A stretch of DNA of 64,000 nucleotides from a virus: positions 79,619-143,618 of IMG/VR virus record IMGVR_UViG_3300042374_001687, one strand, 5' to 3'. The translations under genes and the position numbers were made by a program. This document shows positions 29,212 through 39,136 of the stretch, piece after piece. The notes beneath the pieces are model-generated. The model was given only the letters and a program-made list of their open reading frames with translations, had not been told where the DNA came from and ran no database searches. Each line of letters begins with the position of its first letter. The stretch's first letter is position 1.

Positions 29212-29787
29212 TTAATACTTGATTATGTAGTTTAGGACTGCGAACGGTTGCATGTTGTTGTGCGCTTGGCCGCTGCCGACGCTAGTTGAAGCTGTGGAAA
29301 CGGTAGTGACGGTGTCAATTTCATTTCCGCCATTATCCAAACTGCCTGGGGTGTTGAATCCGCTTTTCTGCACGGTGTTTGAGACATCGTGGGAGTGGCT
29401 TGGCATTTCACCGGCGGTCAAGGTGTGGGTTTCGGCTCCGCCCGTGGCGCCCATGCTCCTGGCGGTGAGTCCTGATCCGCTTCCTTGTCCGACGACCACT
29501 CTGCCCGCTAGGTTGGGCAGGTTGAATGTCGTGCTTCCGTCTCCCGCGCCGTATGTGGTTCCGATCACCGCGAATAGGTTGGGGTAATCTCCTCTGTAGA
29601 GTTCTTGACCTTGGCAGTTCAGCCAGCCGTTCGGGGCGTTGCTTGAGCTGTAGGCGAGCACCACGCCGACAGGCATGAGCATCTCTGGGGGGAAGATATT
29701 TTCCTCTCTTACGACAGAGTTTTGTATTTTTCTTCTAATTTCCTCGACCGAACCTGGTCCTGTTCCTTCCGTAGTTGTTGCGGGCAT
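29212..29787 (-). CDS. Phage tail collar domain protein
   Basis: PVG.V.AY...APNGWL.CQGQ...YPNLFAVIGTTYG.GDGSTTFNLPNL.GR...AHNNMQP..VLNYIIK. Confidence 0.92.
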   Translation of the reverse strand: MPATTTEGTGPGSVEEIRRKIQNSVVREENIFPPEMLMPVGVVLAYSSSNAPNGWLNCQGQELYRGDYPNLFAVIGTTYGAGDGSTTFNLPNLAGRVVVGQGSGSGLTARSMGATGGAETHTLTAGEMPSHSHDVSNTVQKSGFNTPGSLDNGGNEIDTVTTVSTASTSVGSGQAHNNMQPFAVLNYIIKY

Positions 29788-29997
29788 GTTTTCCTCCTTG
29801 ATATTAGGATGCCTTCACAATTATCTACTATTTGACTGGGAGAAAACTGGGTTGGTTCTTTAGAAAAATTATTCCGCGTGCGTTTGGAGAGCCGATCAAG
29901 CACTCTAATTTTGTGGTTAAGAGCGAAGTTCTGCGTTCTAATATAGTATTAAATATTGGCGATAAGAGCATAGATAATGAAAACAAAAAGAGGCTTC

Positions 29998-30528
29998 ATG
30001 AAGACATTTTACGAGATGTTGCAGATATTGAGCGAGGAGGAATACGATGCGGAGAAAGACGCTCGTGCCATGGGATACAGTGGTGCGGCGGACGCTGACA
30101 GGAACAATTGGGGCAGCCCTGTCCGCCGAGATCCGAATGCCAAGATGACCCAGCAGGAAAAGAGCGAAATGTATCGGGACGCTGCGGAAAATCCCAAGAC
30201 GATTGAAGAATTCGTGAAGTTCGTGAATGGAATGAAGAATCCTGTAGTTCTGAAGTGGAGGAAGGACGATACTTGGATTTCCGGCAATTTCTTGAGCGAT
30301 CCCAGCAACTACATTGATCTAAAAGAACTTATCAATGGAATAGAAAAATACAGAAGTTTTAAAGAGTTTTGGAGGAGTCTGGATCTTTCTCCCAAGGATC
30401 ATATGATAATTGCAAACACGATAACGGGCTTGCTGCGTCAGGGTCTTCCAATGAGCGTCAGGGACGCCTTTGCGAGCGGGGAGTTGCGTTCCGGGGCTCC
30501 TTTCAGGAGCGGTAGCGGATGGGCATGA
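29998..30528 (+). CDS. Putative capsid-targeted protein
   Basis: MKTFYEMLQILSEE tag after GAGG RBS. Confidence 0.65.
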   Translation: MKTFYEMLQILSEEEYDAEKDARAMGYSGAADADRNNWGSPVRRDPNAKMTQQEKSEMYRDAAENPKTIEEFVKFVNGMKNPVVLKWRKDDTWISGNFLSDPSNYIDLKELINGIEKYRSFKEFWRSLDLSPKDHMIIANTITGLLRQGLPMSVRDAFASGELRSGAPFRSGSGWA

Positions 30529-30833
30529 TTAATTTTTACGGGTGGCTAGAATTGGCCGAGGCTCGGGCTCCAAAAGGCAGCCCCACCAGCCTTAACATAT
30601 GGGTGATGTTTGACTCTCTGGAGAAGGGTGGCGGGGTGATATCCGACCGCGTGGAACCGACCAGCTTGAGTCATCTTCGGAGGTGTTTGGAGGCGGGTCT
30701 TCTAGAGCGTGGGGCTTCGGGAGGTTTTGTACCAACCCAGAATGGTATAGAGGCGATGGAGAAGGATCTCGCCGTCAAGATGTCGCGGGATCCTAATTAC
30801 AAGAGGCCTGCGTGGATGGGTCCTGGCTCTTAA
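30525..30833 (+). CDS. Putative capsid-targeted protein, possible winged helix
   Basis: MINFYGWLELAE tag; HLRRCLEAGLLER...F.PT.NG wHTH-like wing. Confidence 0.6.
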   Translation: MINFYGWLELAEARAPKGSPTSLNIWVMFDSLEKGGGVISDRVEPTSLSHLRRCLEAGLLERGASGGFVPTQNGIEAMEKDLAVKMSRDPNYKRPAWMGPGS

Positions 30834-30844
30834 AAAAATACAAT

Positions 30845-31180
30845 ATGAAAACTTTTAATGAATGGCTGGAAAAGAAGGCTGAGTCTTGGGATCCCGAGAC
30901 CCAAAGGTACCTGGACTGGCGCAAGCAGTTCACTGCGAAGTTCCCGGTTGGAGAATACAACCCTAGGAACGGCATGGACAGGGACAACCTTTTCGCCGGG
31001 CGTATATCTTGGGTTCTTGACGAGTTTGGTGGCGGGGAGCATGGCAAAATATGGGATTACATCGGAGGCGTCAATCAGTCCGAAAACAACTACTACATGC
31101 TTCTGGAGAAGCTTGTGGAAAGGGAATTCCCGGAAATGCTAGTTCAGTGGAAGGAGGATGGCGGAGGACGGGACGGCTGA
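30845..31180 (+). CDS. Putative capsid-targeted protein
   Basis: MKTFNEWLEKKAE tag. Confidence 0.65.
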   Translation: MKTFNEWLEKKAESWDPETQRYLDWRKQFTAKFPVGEYNPRNGMDRDNLFAGRISWVLDEFGGGEHGKIWDYIGGVNQSENNYYMLLEKLVEREFPEMLVQWKEDGGGRDG

Positions 31181-31347
31181 ATTTATTTTTTGATCGTAGA
31201 TTATGACAAATGGCCTTGTGAGTCGCCGGATACTTATCCATTATGTCTAAAAATCATGTCAATTGTGACAGAATTGAAAGGCAGCGTGACGAGTACGAAA
31301 GAGCTCAAGATCGCTATGATTACCGAGGATACTAGTCTTTCAAGTAA

Positions 31348-31932
31348 TTGAAAACGAACTACCCGGACGCGGCTGGTGGCGATCCTTCTGTTAATCACTT
31401 GATAATAGTCCCAGGAAATTCTGATGGGCTCACGCAATTGATAAACGAAGATGGAGATGAATATGATGATCATTGTGTTAAAGGACTATCTGGTAGGGGT
31501 GCGATCGCGTTCCTGGTGATTGCAAGGGACGAAGCCCAGTATCTTTCTAATGAGGACGCAGAAGCCGTTGCCTTGAAGTTCTTGGAGGTCACGGGCGGAT
31601 TTTCTTCGGTTCAAAACTACTCCGCGACCGGCGACAGTGCCTATGACTTGTCCCCGCAAGTTGTGAAGCAGGTCGGCGAAGGATCCTTGGACGCGGCAAT
31701 CGTGATGGTTGAAGGGGAGAGAGTTTCTCTCCAGAGAACAGGATATTACGAAGTCGTCAATTCTGAGGGCGGCAGAAAGGTCGTCGCGGTCAACGACGGA
31801 GAAACTTGGGACGACGCTCCCGAGACGCCGGAGGTGACGGACAATCCGAACGGACACCCCAGTTTCGGCGAGAACGACGTCTACTCAATAACCGAGATGG
31901 TCATCCCCGTCGGCAATCCGCTGGCCAGGTGA
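31348..31932 (+). CDS. Probable virion protein with shared C-terminal SIQRT domain; 5' end uncertain
   Basis: C-terminal YDLSP...EGSLD...SLQRTGY...RKV...DGET...GHP...GNPL; terminator at 31950-31988. Confidence 0.65.
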   Translation: MKTNYPDAAGGDPSVNHLIIVPGNSDGLTQLINEDGDEYDDHCVKGLSGRGAIAFLVIARDEAQYLSNEDAEAVALKFLEVTGGFSSVQNYSATGDSAYDLSPQVVKQVGEGSLDAAIVMVEGERVSLQRTGYYEVVNSEGGRKVVAVNDGETWDDAPETPEVTDNPNGHPSFGENDVYSITEMVIPVGNPLAR

Positions 31933-32058
31933 TTTTTAAATATTGAAAAAGAAGGGCCGGGGGATTTTCCTCCGGCCCTTTTCTTTTTGATGGTGGGCTG
32001 CGCATTAAAACAATTTGCAGTTAGGTATATATCATGGAATATCAATTAAGGAGAAGAC

Positions 32059-33732
32059 ATGAGTTTGTATATTGTAGCCAACATAGATGGTAATGTTATT
32101 AGTTCTACTAACGGGATAGAGTGGTCTGCTCCTTTTGATACGGGAATTAGTATAGGGAAGGTGGCGGTAGGTCCAAATAAGATAGTTTATGCGGCGACTA
32201 GCGGCGAGGGTGGCGAGGGTGGCGAGGGTGTTTCGTCTGGCTTGTTTTATGCGTCTAGTTGGAACTCAACGCCAATACAAGCAGAGGGAACAGAAAGTTA
32301 TAGATTTAATGAAGTTCGTTATTTGGGAAATAAATTTGTAGCGGTGGGTCATACAACATCATCCCCAACAACTCCGGCGTTTGCATACAGCGAAGATGGA
32401 GAAAATTGGACAATAGGCGATATAGACCCAGCATATATTGCATTAGTAGGAAATGGAAATGATCTAGAATTTACGGATGTTGGCTACAATGGAGTGGGGT
32501 ATTTTATAATTGGAATATTGGCGGGCGAGGGCGGAGAAAATGACAAGGCCGGGGGTTTCTACACAACGGATTTGACACAAGGGTTAAATGAAAGCAATTA
32601 TGTAACCCCGGAAAATTTTCCAACCGACGCTAGACAACTCGTATTTGCTCAGTACGAGGGTGGCGAAAATTTCGGAGCATGGAGTGCATTTGCCGATGAT
32701 AGTAAAACTTGGTGGTCAACATTTGATCAAGATCCCTCTCAACCTTGGAATTTCATACCGGGAGTTGATTTAAGTGAAACTCTTTTTGACAACGTAGGAT
32801 TGCAAAATTTATCAATAGCCGAGGCGACAATTGGAACCCTAAATCATGAAGGAAGCTCATACGTAGTTTGGATGGTAAGCACAACCAACGGTCAAATTAT
32901 TTGGTGGCCTCACGTTCCTGCTGGACCTTTTGTTAGCGTTCCAAACCCTTATACCACTTCAATAGCCACTATAGAAAATTTAAATCCTTTGCAGATTACT
33001 TTTACAAGTAACGAAGAAACCGATAATAATGAAAAAATAACAGTTTCAAACTCTTCGGGACTCACAGATTTAGATGGAGTGTATTTTATAAAAGAAATGG
33101 GTAGCGGAGTATATGAACTTCATGAAACCAAAGAACTAAATTCTCCAATTGATGCATCTGGTTGGGCCGGATCTTATGTCAATAGTAGTGCAACTGCAAC
33201 TTTGAGTCATGGAACTTATATAGATGCACTTGGTTATGGAGATGGTAAATTTTTTGCCGGCAATGATGACGAAGAGGTTTTTGTATGCTCGGAATTTAAT
33301 GTTGGTGGAGAAAGTATTGGAGAATTAGTGTGGGTAGAAGTAGAAGATTTGAATGATAGTCTAGTGTATTGGAATGATATTGAATATGGAGATTTTGAAG
33401 GATGTGTAACAACTTATACTTACGACTTAAGCCCAGACAATCCGGAAACAATCCCTAATTATCGATATGGCGGAGAAGGAAATATGGATACCGCAATCGT
33501 AGTTGGTGAAGACGGAACAAGAAGATCAATTCAAAGAACCGGATATTTTGATTACTTGGACGCTTGTGGAAATAGAAAAGTTATGAGTGTTGATGACGGA
33601 GAAACGGTAACAGATGCCCCAGAAATTCCTGAGGCGGCGCCTAATTCAATTGGCCATCCTACTTTTGGACAAAACGACAATCCTTCCGTAACTAATCAGA
33701 CCATCCCGACAGGCAATCCGCTCATGAATTAA
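32059..33732 (+). CDS. Probable virion beta-propeller/BNR-like protein with SIQRT C-terminal domain
   Basis: SSTNGIEW, YSEDGENWT Asp-box motifs, GNKFVAVG; shared C-terminal domain; AAGGAG RBS. Confidence 0.7.
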   Translation: MSLYIVANIDGNVISSTNGIEWSAPFDTGISIGKVAVGPNKIVYAATSGEGGEGGEGVSSGLFYASSWNSTPIQAEGTESYRFNEVRYLGNKFVAVGHTTSSPTTPAFAYSEDGENWTIGDIDPAYIALVGNGNDLEFTDVGYNGVGYFIIGILAGEGGENDKAGGFYTTDLTQGLNESNYVTPENFPTDARQLVFAQYEGGENFGAWSAFADDSKTWWSTFDQDPSQPWNFIPGVDLSETLFDNVGLQNLSIAEATIGTLNHEGSSYVVWMVSTTNGQIIWWPHVPAGPFVSVPNPYTTSIATIENLNPLQITFTSNEETDNNEKITVSNSSGLTDLDGVYFIKEMGSGVYELHETKELNSPIDASGWAGSYVNSSATATLSHGTYIDALGYGDGKFFAGNDDEEVFVCSEFNVGGESIGELVWVEVEDLNDSLVYWNDIEYGDFEGCVTTYTYDLSPDNPETIPNYRYGGEGNMDTAIVVGEDGTRRSIQRTGYFDYLDACGNRKVMSVDDGETVTDAPEIPEAAPNSIGHPTFGQNDNPSVTNQTIPTGNPLMN

Positions 33733-34454
33733 TGTAGGATAATGGTTGATTGGCTAGTTTTAATCAAATCAACATAGGTTAAATTCCAATTCAAAATACA
33801 TTTTTCTTTATTTTCATAGCCAACAAAATCATTCAAAGCATCAAGTATTTGTTTGTCCTCAACATTTTTCAAATCAAATAAAAGCCTACAGTACTCTGCC
33901 ATTTGTTGCTCTGATTCAAACACCCAAGGGCAAGGGCGATTTTCTATGCCAACCACTTCTAGATTGGCTGGGTAATTCACATCGTTCCAATCGTAATAGT
34001 TGCCATGGTGTGAGCCAGTAGAGGTATTTGAGCCTACAAATTCATCAAGAAATTTTGAAATTGAACTGTCCAATGCCACATCTGCCAAATGGATAGTTCC
34101 ATTTTCAAGCAAATGATCGTTCATATTGTGCAAAAATAGATAAAGGTCGTCAATGTGATGGGCCGCGGCCAAACAAACTATTCGGTTGACCGGTTTGACC
34201 GGCCATTTTTCATATGGGGAAACAACATCAATTCCGTTAATTGATTTTGAAAAGTCCAAACAAATAACGGTGTTTTCAACGCAATATTTTTGCAAATAGC
34301 CACCCAAAGCAGGAATGTCCAATATCGTTTCATTCATACCTAATGGAACTTTTGAAAAAAGTTGTAGAAACTCCATGTCGCGCACCCAAGGAAACCTTTT
34401 CATGGCGGAATCATATGATTCGCCTCTGTGTCTGAATATGCTCTCGTAGTTCAT
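33729..34454 (-). CDS. Class I SAM-dependent methyltransferase
   Basis: ILDIPALGGYL motif I, CLDFS, CLAAAHHI, L..NGTIHLAD. Confidence 0.75.
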   Translation of the reverse strand: MNYESIFRHRGESYDSAMKRFPWVRDMEFLQLFSKVPLGMNETILDIPALGGYLQKYCVENTVICLDFSKSINGIDVVSPYEKWPVKPVNRIVCLAAAHHIDDLYLFLHNMNDHLLENGTIHLADVALDSSISKFLDEFVGSNTSTGSHHGNYYDWNDVNYPANLEVVGIENRPCPWVFESEQQMAEYCRLLFDLKNVEDKQILDALNDFVGYENKEKCILNWNLTYVDLIKTSQSTIILH

Positions 34455-35059
34455 GTATTGCCTTTTATTTTTTTGATTTCCATGCATGTTCTGCATCTTC
34501 CGCACTTCTTAATTTCATCTCCATAAATTGGGGTTCTACAACTCCAAGTCATTTTTATTAGTTCTTCTGGGAGCATTTCATATATTTCTTCTTTAGTCAT
34601 ATCTCCAACGGGATATGTTTTTTCAACCCAAGGGGACAATGTTTTGAGTATTTTTGTCCCCCTATCGGCACGATCTAGTCCGCCGTCTGATTTGGTTCTT
34701 CCGATTGCCACCAATTCAATACTCTTAATGCTGAGGCATATTGTTCCTGCGATAAAGTTATACAAGTCACTATCCCACATAAAGTTGCCATCATGGCATG
34801 GGTATTCATGAAAACTATCGCTATAGGCAAAGTCTCTAATTTTTTTCATATATTTGACTATGTCTAAAACCGCTTTACTCTCTGCTTCGGCTCGATTTTC
34901 TTTGTTTTGCAAATGAAGATGATGAACATGGAGTGGTTCTTTGGTGTTCATTATTAGTTTCCAAAACGCACCGGTAGAATCCAATCCCCCTGAGAACATG
35001 ATCAATATTTTTGGCTTCAAGATAATGCCCCTCGGAGCGTGGGTCAATTTTTCGTCCAT
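34451..35059 (-). CDS. QueC-like PP-loop ATPase (copy 1)
   Basis: MFSGGLDST PP-loop; TWSCRTP...CGRCRTC zinc site. Confidence 0.85.
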   Translation of the reverse strand: MDEKLTHAPRGIILKPKILIMFSGGLDSTGAFWKLIMNTKEPLHVHHLHLQNKENRAEAESKAVLDIVKYMKKIRDFAYSDSFHEYPCHDGNFMWDSDLYNFIAGTICLSIKSIELVAIGRTKSDGGLDRADRGTKILKTLSPWVEKTYPVGDMTKEEIYEMLPEELIKMTWSCRTPIYGDEIKKCGRCRTCMEIKKIKGNT

Positions 35060-35149
35060 GGAGGTATATATCCACAACGAATCAAGGGAGTAAGCCGGCT
35101 GGCAATGCGAACATAAAAGATTTGAGAAGCACCATTTGGAAACATTGGA

Positions 35150-35779
35150 ATGGAAAGACCTGACACGCTGATCATGTTCTCCGGCGGACTTGACTCCACC
35201 GGGGTCTTCTGGAAGCTCATAAAATCAACAAAAAAACTCCATGTTCATCATCTGTATCTGGTCAACAAGGAGAACAGGGCGAAGGCCGAAGACAGAGCCG
35301 TTAGTGCTATCGTCGCCTACATGAAGAACATAAGGGAATTCGGATACTCGGAAAGCTATCACGAGTATCCTTCCTATAACGGCAACTTCATCTTTGACAG
35401 CGACATCTTCTCATTCATGGCGGGCTCCATATGCCTCAGCACGAAGACCATCAGAGAAGTGGCAATAGGCATGACCGCGTCCGACATGGGGTCTGGTCTG
35501 TCGGAGCGGGTGAATAGGGCGAACAAGATATTTGAGTCGTTCGGGACGAAGGCCCAAAAGGTCTATCCTCTGATGGACATGACAAAGAAACAGATATATG
35601 AAATGCTCCCCGAGGACCTCCGCAACATGAGTTGGAGCTGTCGTACGCCGATCTACGAAGGTGATGAAATCAAGGAATGCGGAAGGTGCAGGACATGCAG
35701 GGAAATTAAGTTAATTGTCCCACACGACGATGGCAATGTCGGCTTGGGTGGGGATGACCCTACTCGCCCCGGGGAATGA
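35150..35779 (+). CDS. QueC-like PP-loop ATPase (copy 2)
   Basis: MFSGGLDST; SWSCRTP...CGRCRTC; clearly paralogous to copy 1. Confidence 0.85.
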   Translation: MERPDTLIMFSGGLDSTGVFWKLIKSTKKLHVHHLYLVNKENRAKAEDRAVSAIVAYMKNIREFGYSESYHEYPSYNGNFIFDSDIFSFMAGSICLSTKTIREVAIGMTASDMGSGLSERVNRANKIFESFGTKAQKVYPLMDMTKKQIYEMLPEDLRNMSWSCRTPIYEGDEIKECGRCRTCREIKLIVPHDDGNVGLGGDDPTRPGE

Positions 35780-36154
35780 GGTCGGAAAGTGGGTCGCGTA
35801 CTTCATGCCGCACATTTTTTTCAGAAAGACCCTACACACGAGCAGATCGCACTTATCCAGCAGCTTGGGCACTACTTCCATTCCGGCAAGGTTGAGGATT
35901 CCGTCGCCGATTATGGCTTCGGCAAGACACTCGAAGCTGTACCAGTCCGACTTAATGACCGGCTTTGGCTGGGGTATGGGGTTTAGATCCACCATGTAGT
36001 CGCAGATGTGTATGAGTTGCTTGGTCATGCCTAAGAGGCACACGGGCCCTTTGTCCTTCACGATGGACTCGTACAGCTCCACCTCGTTAGGGTTCGGGCA
36101 CAAGGGAGGCTCAAGATTCTGCCAGTGGTTGGTATCTTCAATCAGTTTGTTCAT
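35711..36154 (-). CDS. Methyltransferase-like hypothetical protein
   Basis: PPLCP, VCLLGMTKQL, VDLN, IIGDG.LNL: minimal Rossmann SAM-MTase-like pattern. Confidence 0.5.
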   Translation of the reverse strand: MNKLIEDTNHWQNLEPPLCPNPNEVELYESIVKDKGPVCLLGMTKQLIHICDYMVDLNPIPQPKPVIKSDWYSFECLAEAIIGDGILNLAGMEVVPKLLDKCDLLVCRVFLKKMCGMKYATHFPTSFPGASRVIPTQADIAIVVWDN

Positions 36155-36177
36155 TTTGTTTTGGCCTTGTGTTTGGG

Positions 36178-36552
36178 CTAGGAAACTTTTCCTTTCCATA
36201 CGGCTCCGAGCGAGGACAGATCCTTGGAGTGGGCTATTGATTCAAATCCTTGCCTAGCACGGTCGAGAAGGCTCCTTGCCAAGCCCTGTTTCCTGTATTC
36301 CGGTAAAGTGTAAACATTTGCTATTTGTCCGTTGATTCCGTCCTTGGATACGATCTGGAGGGCGCTGACAGGCTTGCCGTCAATGTAGTGGACATACCGG
36401 TACGAGCCGTGAGGCGAAAGGAACTTGACGGATCCGTCGGCCTCCCTCCCGACTTGTTTTTCTGGGCCGATCTGAGGTATGGTTCCGGCCGGGCCGAGGA
36501 GATATAACAGATCCGGCTCGCCAGATTCTGCAAGCCATATTTTAAAATTCAT
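36178..36552 (-). CDS. GNAT acetyltransferase with capsid-tag-like N-terminus
   Basis: IANVYTLPEYRKQGLARSLL motif A; MNFKIWLAE start. Confidence 0.8.
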   Translation of the reverse strand: MNFKIWLAESGEPDLLYLLGPAGTIPQIGPEKQVGREADGSVKFLSPHGSYRYVHYIDGKPVSALQIVSKDGINGQIANVYTLPEYRKQGLARSLLDRARQGFESIAHSKDLSSLGAVWKGKVS

Positions 36553-36606
36553 GAAGGTATCTAGATATTTGATTTTTAAAACCTAGATATGGTCTGGAGG
36601 TTGAAT

Positions 36607-36975
36607 ATGAAGAGTTTTTACGAAATGATGAAGTTGATAGAGGAGGATCTGGGTCTGGGCGATCAGCAAGCCCCAATGGTGGCACAAGACCAGCCGGCTC
36701 CCGAGGCGGCCGGACAAGAGGGCCAAGAGACACCCGACCAAGCCGCCGCTCAACCTTCGGATCAAGAAAAGCCTAAGCACTACATGTTCTTTTCCAACTT
36801 GAAGGTCATAAAGAACATGGCAGAAGAGATGCTTTCCATGGATCCCTCTCAAGTTGACGCCCTCCTAGACGACGGTCACGACTGGGCTTCGGATCATGTT
36901 GCGACGAGCAAGGATGATGTGGAAGAAGTTTGCAATTGGCTCAAAAGCAACATGGAAGGCTCTAATCAAGGATGA
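36607..36975 (+). CDS. Putative capsid-targeted protein
   Basis: MKSFYEMMKLIEE tag; YMFFSNL...DGHDWA.DHVATSK. Confidence 0.7.
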   Translation: MKSFYEMMKLIEEDLGLGDQQAPMVAQDQPAPEAAGQEGQETPDQAAAQPSDQEKPKHYMFFSNLKVIKNMAEEMLSMDPSQVDALLDDGHDWASDHVATSKDDVEEVCNWLKSNMEGSNQG

Positions 36976-37673
36976 AAAGTTTCAAGAGTTGGCTGCTGGA
37001 GGTCGTGACCCAGGAAGAATTCGGCGAGGAAAACAACAGCAGCAAGAAGGAGATGGTAGTTCTAGTCGGACCGCCGGCGGTTGGGAAAAGCACATTCATC
37101 AAGAGCAAATTTCCTCCGGGAGATGTTTTCTTGGTGAGCCGCGACGACATCGTGGACGATGTCGCGGGTTCCTTGGGTATGACCTACGATGATATGTTTG
37201 AAATGCCCCCAGAGAGCTCGGCAATTGGGTCCATGGTTCCCGGCAAGGAAAAGTTCGGAGTCGTCTTGGCCGCTCCGCAATGGATGAGGTGGACGACAAA
37301 GGTTTACTCTAAAATCCAAGAGGCAAACAATTCCATAAATGGAAGGCTGGAGGAGCGCTTCAAAAGGGCGGTAGATTCGGGAAAACATGTGGTCGTGGAT
37401 ATGACCAACATGACAGTCGGCGCCAGACGGGGGGCTTTGAAATATATACACGGAAAGGATTTCTTTAGGAGAGCAGTCGTCTTTACCCTCCAAGAGTCGG
37501 ACATTCCCGAACTCTTGCGCAGGATGAGATCAAGAAGCGATCAGATCAAGGCTAACGGCGGATCCAAGACCATAGGCGACGATGTAGTGGCCAGGATGAT
37601 CAAGAGTTTTCAGAAAATAGGCCCCGAAGAGGGATTTGACAAGGTAGATACTTTTAATTCATTCTCGCCTTGA
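36972..37673 (+). CDS. P-loop kinase (AAA_33/polynucleotide-kinase-like) with capsid tag
   Basis: GPPAVGKST, VSRDD, VVVDMTN...R; MKSFKSWLLE start. Confidence 0.85.
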   Translation: MKSFKSWLLEVVTQEEFGEENNSSKKEMVVLVGPPAVGKSTFIKSKFPPGDVFLVSRDDIVDDVAGSLGMTYDDMFEMPPESSAIGSMVPGKEKFGVVLAAPQWMRWTTKVYSKIQEANNSINGRLEERFKRAVDSGKHVVVDMTNMTVGARRGALKYIHGKDFFRRAVVFTLQESDIPELLRRMRSRSDQIKANGGSKTIGDDVVARMIKSFQKIGPEEGFDKVDTFNSFSP

Positions 37674-37707
37674 TTTATTTTAAAGTTCATGGTATATTTT
37701 TGCTACT

Positions 37708-38595
37708 ATGAACACTATAAAATTAGAAAATCGGATGTTCGGCCATGTTGAATCGGCGGAAGATGTGGAAAAGGGCGCTCACCTCAACCATTTCTTGAAT
37801 GTCCGCACCACGAATGGCTTCTTGTCCGTCAAGTACTGGAACATGAAGAATCGCGATCTTTTTCCGGTCGTCGGAGATCTAGTGGAGCTCAAGATGAAGG
37901 ATCTTGAGGAGGCCCAGGCTGAGCTGGACAAATGGAGGAGTTTGAGCTTGGACTCCAAGAGCGGGCGGTCTTATTTTTGCGACATATCCATACTGAATGA
38001 GGAGGATGTTCCAGAGGATGTTAGAAAAAAGATAAAGAGGGACAGGACAAAGCAGAAAATTCGGGCGTTGGAGATCATCAAGGACGATTCTTATTGGAAG
38101 GACAAGAACCTCCATAGTTTCTTGATGAACTTCTTCAAGAAAGAGATGGAGAGGTTCGCGAGCGTCCCTGCGGCGATCAAGAATCATCACGCGTACAAAA
38201 GCGGTCTTTTTATACATACTGCTCATGTGTTTAGTTTGTGCCAAGGTGTAGTGAACAATCCCATGAAGGAATTTGACGAGGTGGATTCGGATGTTCTTTA
38301 CATGGCAGCTTGGTTCCACGACATGGGAAAGATGGATGTTTATTCCATGGATGGAGAGGCTCCCAAGATGAATTTTGACAAGGAGAACATGTTCGGCCAC
38401 ATCGTGTTGTCCGACCGCATTTTCAGGAAGGCGGCCGAGGAAGCCGGTTTGGATTCAAAGTTTATCGATGCCGTTAGCCACTGCATTCTTTCACACCACC
38501 AGATGAGGGAGTGGAATGCGGTCGTCGAGCCGGTTACGAACGAGGCGCACATTCTCTGCAGGGCTGATGGAATTAGTTCAAGAATATCGGAATAG
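37708..38595 (+). CDS. HD-domain phosphohydrolase, YhaM-like 3'-5' exonuclease
   Basis: PAAIKNHHAYKSGL.IHT, FHDMGK, GHI, HCILSHH, EA.IL.RAD. Confidence 0.88.
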   Translation: MNTIKLENRMFGHVESAEDVEKGAHLNHFLNVRTTNGFLSVKYWNMKNRDLFPVVGDLVELKMKDLEEAQAELDKWRSLSLDSKSGRSYFCDISILNEEDVPEDVRKKIKRDRTKQKIRALEIIKDDSYWKDKNLHSFLMNFFKKEMERFASVPAAIKNHHAYKSGLFIHTAHVFSLCQGVVNNPMKEFDEVDSDVLYMAAWFHDMGKMDVYSMDGEAPKMNFDKENMFGHIVLSDRIFRKAAEEAGLDSKFIDAVSHCILSHHQMREWNAVVEPVTNEAHILCRADGISSRISE

Positions 38596-38610
38596 CCGAG
38601 GTCAACTAAT

Positions 38611-38646
38611 AAAAAACAGCACGGGCCGCGTTTCCGCGGCCCGTGC
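38611..38646 (-). terminator. Intrinsic terminator
   Basis: GCACGGGCCGCG...CGCGGCCCGTGC inverted repeat with T-tract on minus strand. Confidence 0.8.
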
Positions 38647-38656
38647 ATCTGGAAGA

Positions 38657-39136
38657 TCACTCGGACTTTATTTTTAACTTCTTAGTTTGAACTAGTTCTT
38701 GCTTTTGCTGGGTGGTCTTGAAGGACAGCCGCAGCACGCCGTCTTTAAGTGTAGCCTCAGGCTCTTCCTCGGTGACGTCCTCCGGGAGGCGTATCACCCT
38801 TCTGAACTCCCTGCTGGAGAGCTCTCTGATGGCGTAACTGTCTTCTTGGTGGGTGTATTCCTCAGAGAGCCTTCCCGAAACGGTGAGTATTCTCCCTTGG
38901 TCGTCGCGTGTCACCTCCACATCAAGGTCGTCCAGTTTGACGCCGGGCACGGTATATTGCAGCGTTAGAACTCCGTCGCCTTGGATGGCGTCCATGAGTG
39001 GGTAGCCCTTGGACTTTTTGCCGGCAAAGAACGGCGCAGCAAATACCTCATTGAACATTTGATCAAGTTCCCTACTTACTTCAGAGAACAGATCTACCCT
39101 TCTCGGAGAAAGAGCGTTGGTTCTTATCAAATTCAT
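38657..39136 (-). CDS. Small heat shock protein Hsp20
   Basis: YP..D, VPGV, LTVSG, RE.SSREFRR.I.LP, ATLKDGVL. Confidence 0.93.
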   Translation of the reverse strand: MNLIRTNALSPRRVDLFSEVSRELDQMFNEVFAAPFFAGKKSKGYPLMDAIQGDGVLTLQYTVPGVKLDDLDVEVTRDDQGRILTVSGRLSEEYTHQEDSYAIRELSSREFRRVIRLPEDVTEEEPEATLKDGVLRLSFKTTQQKQELVQTKKLKIKSE

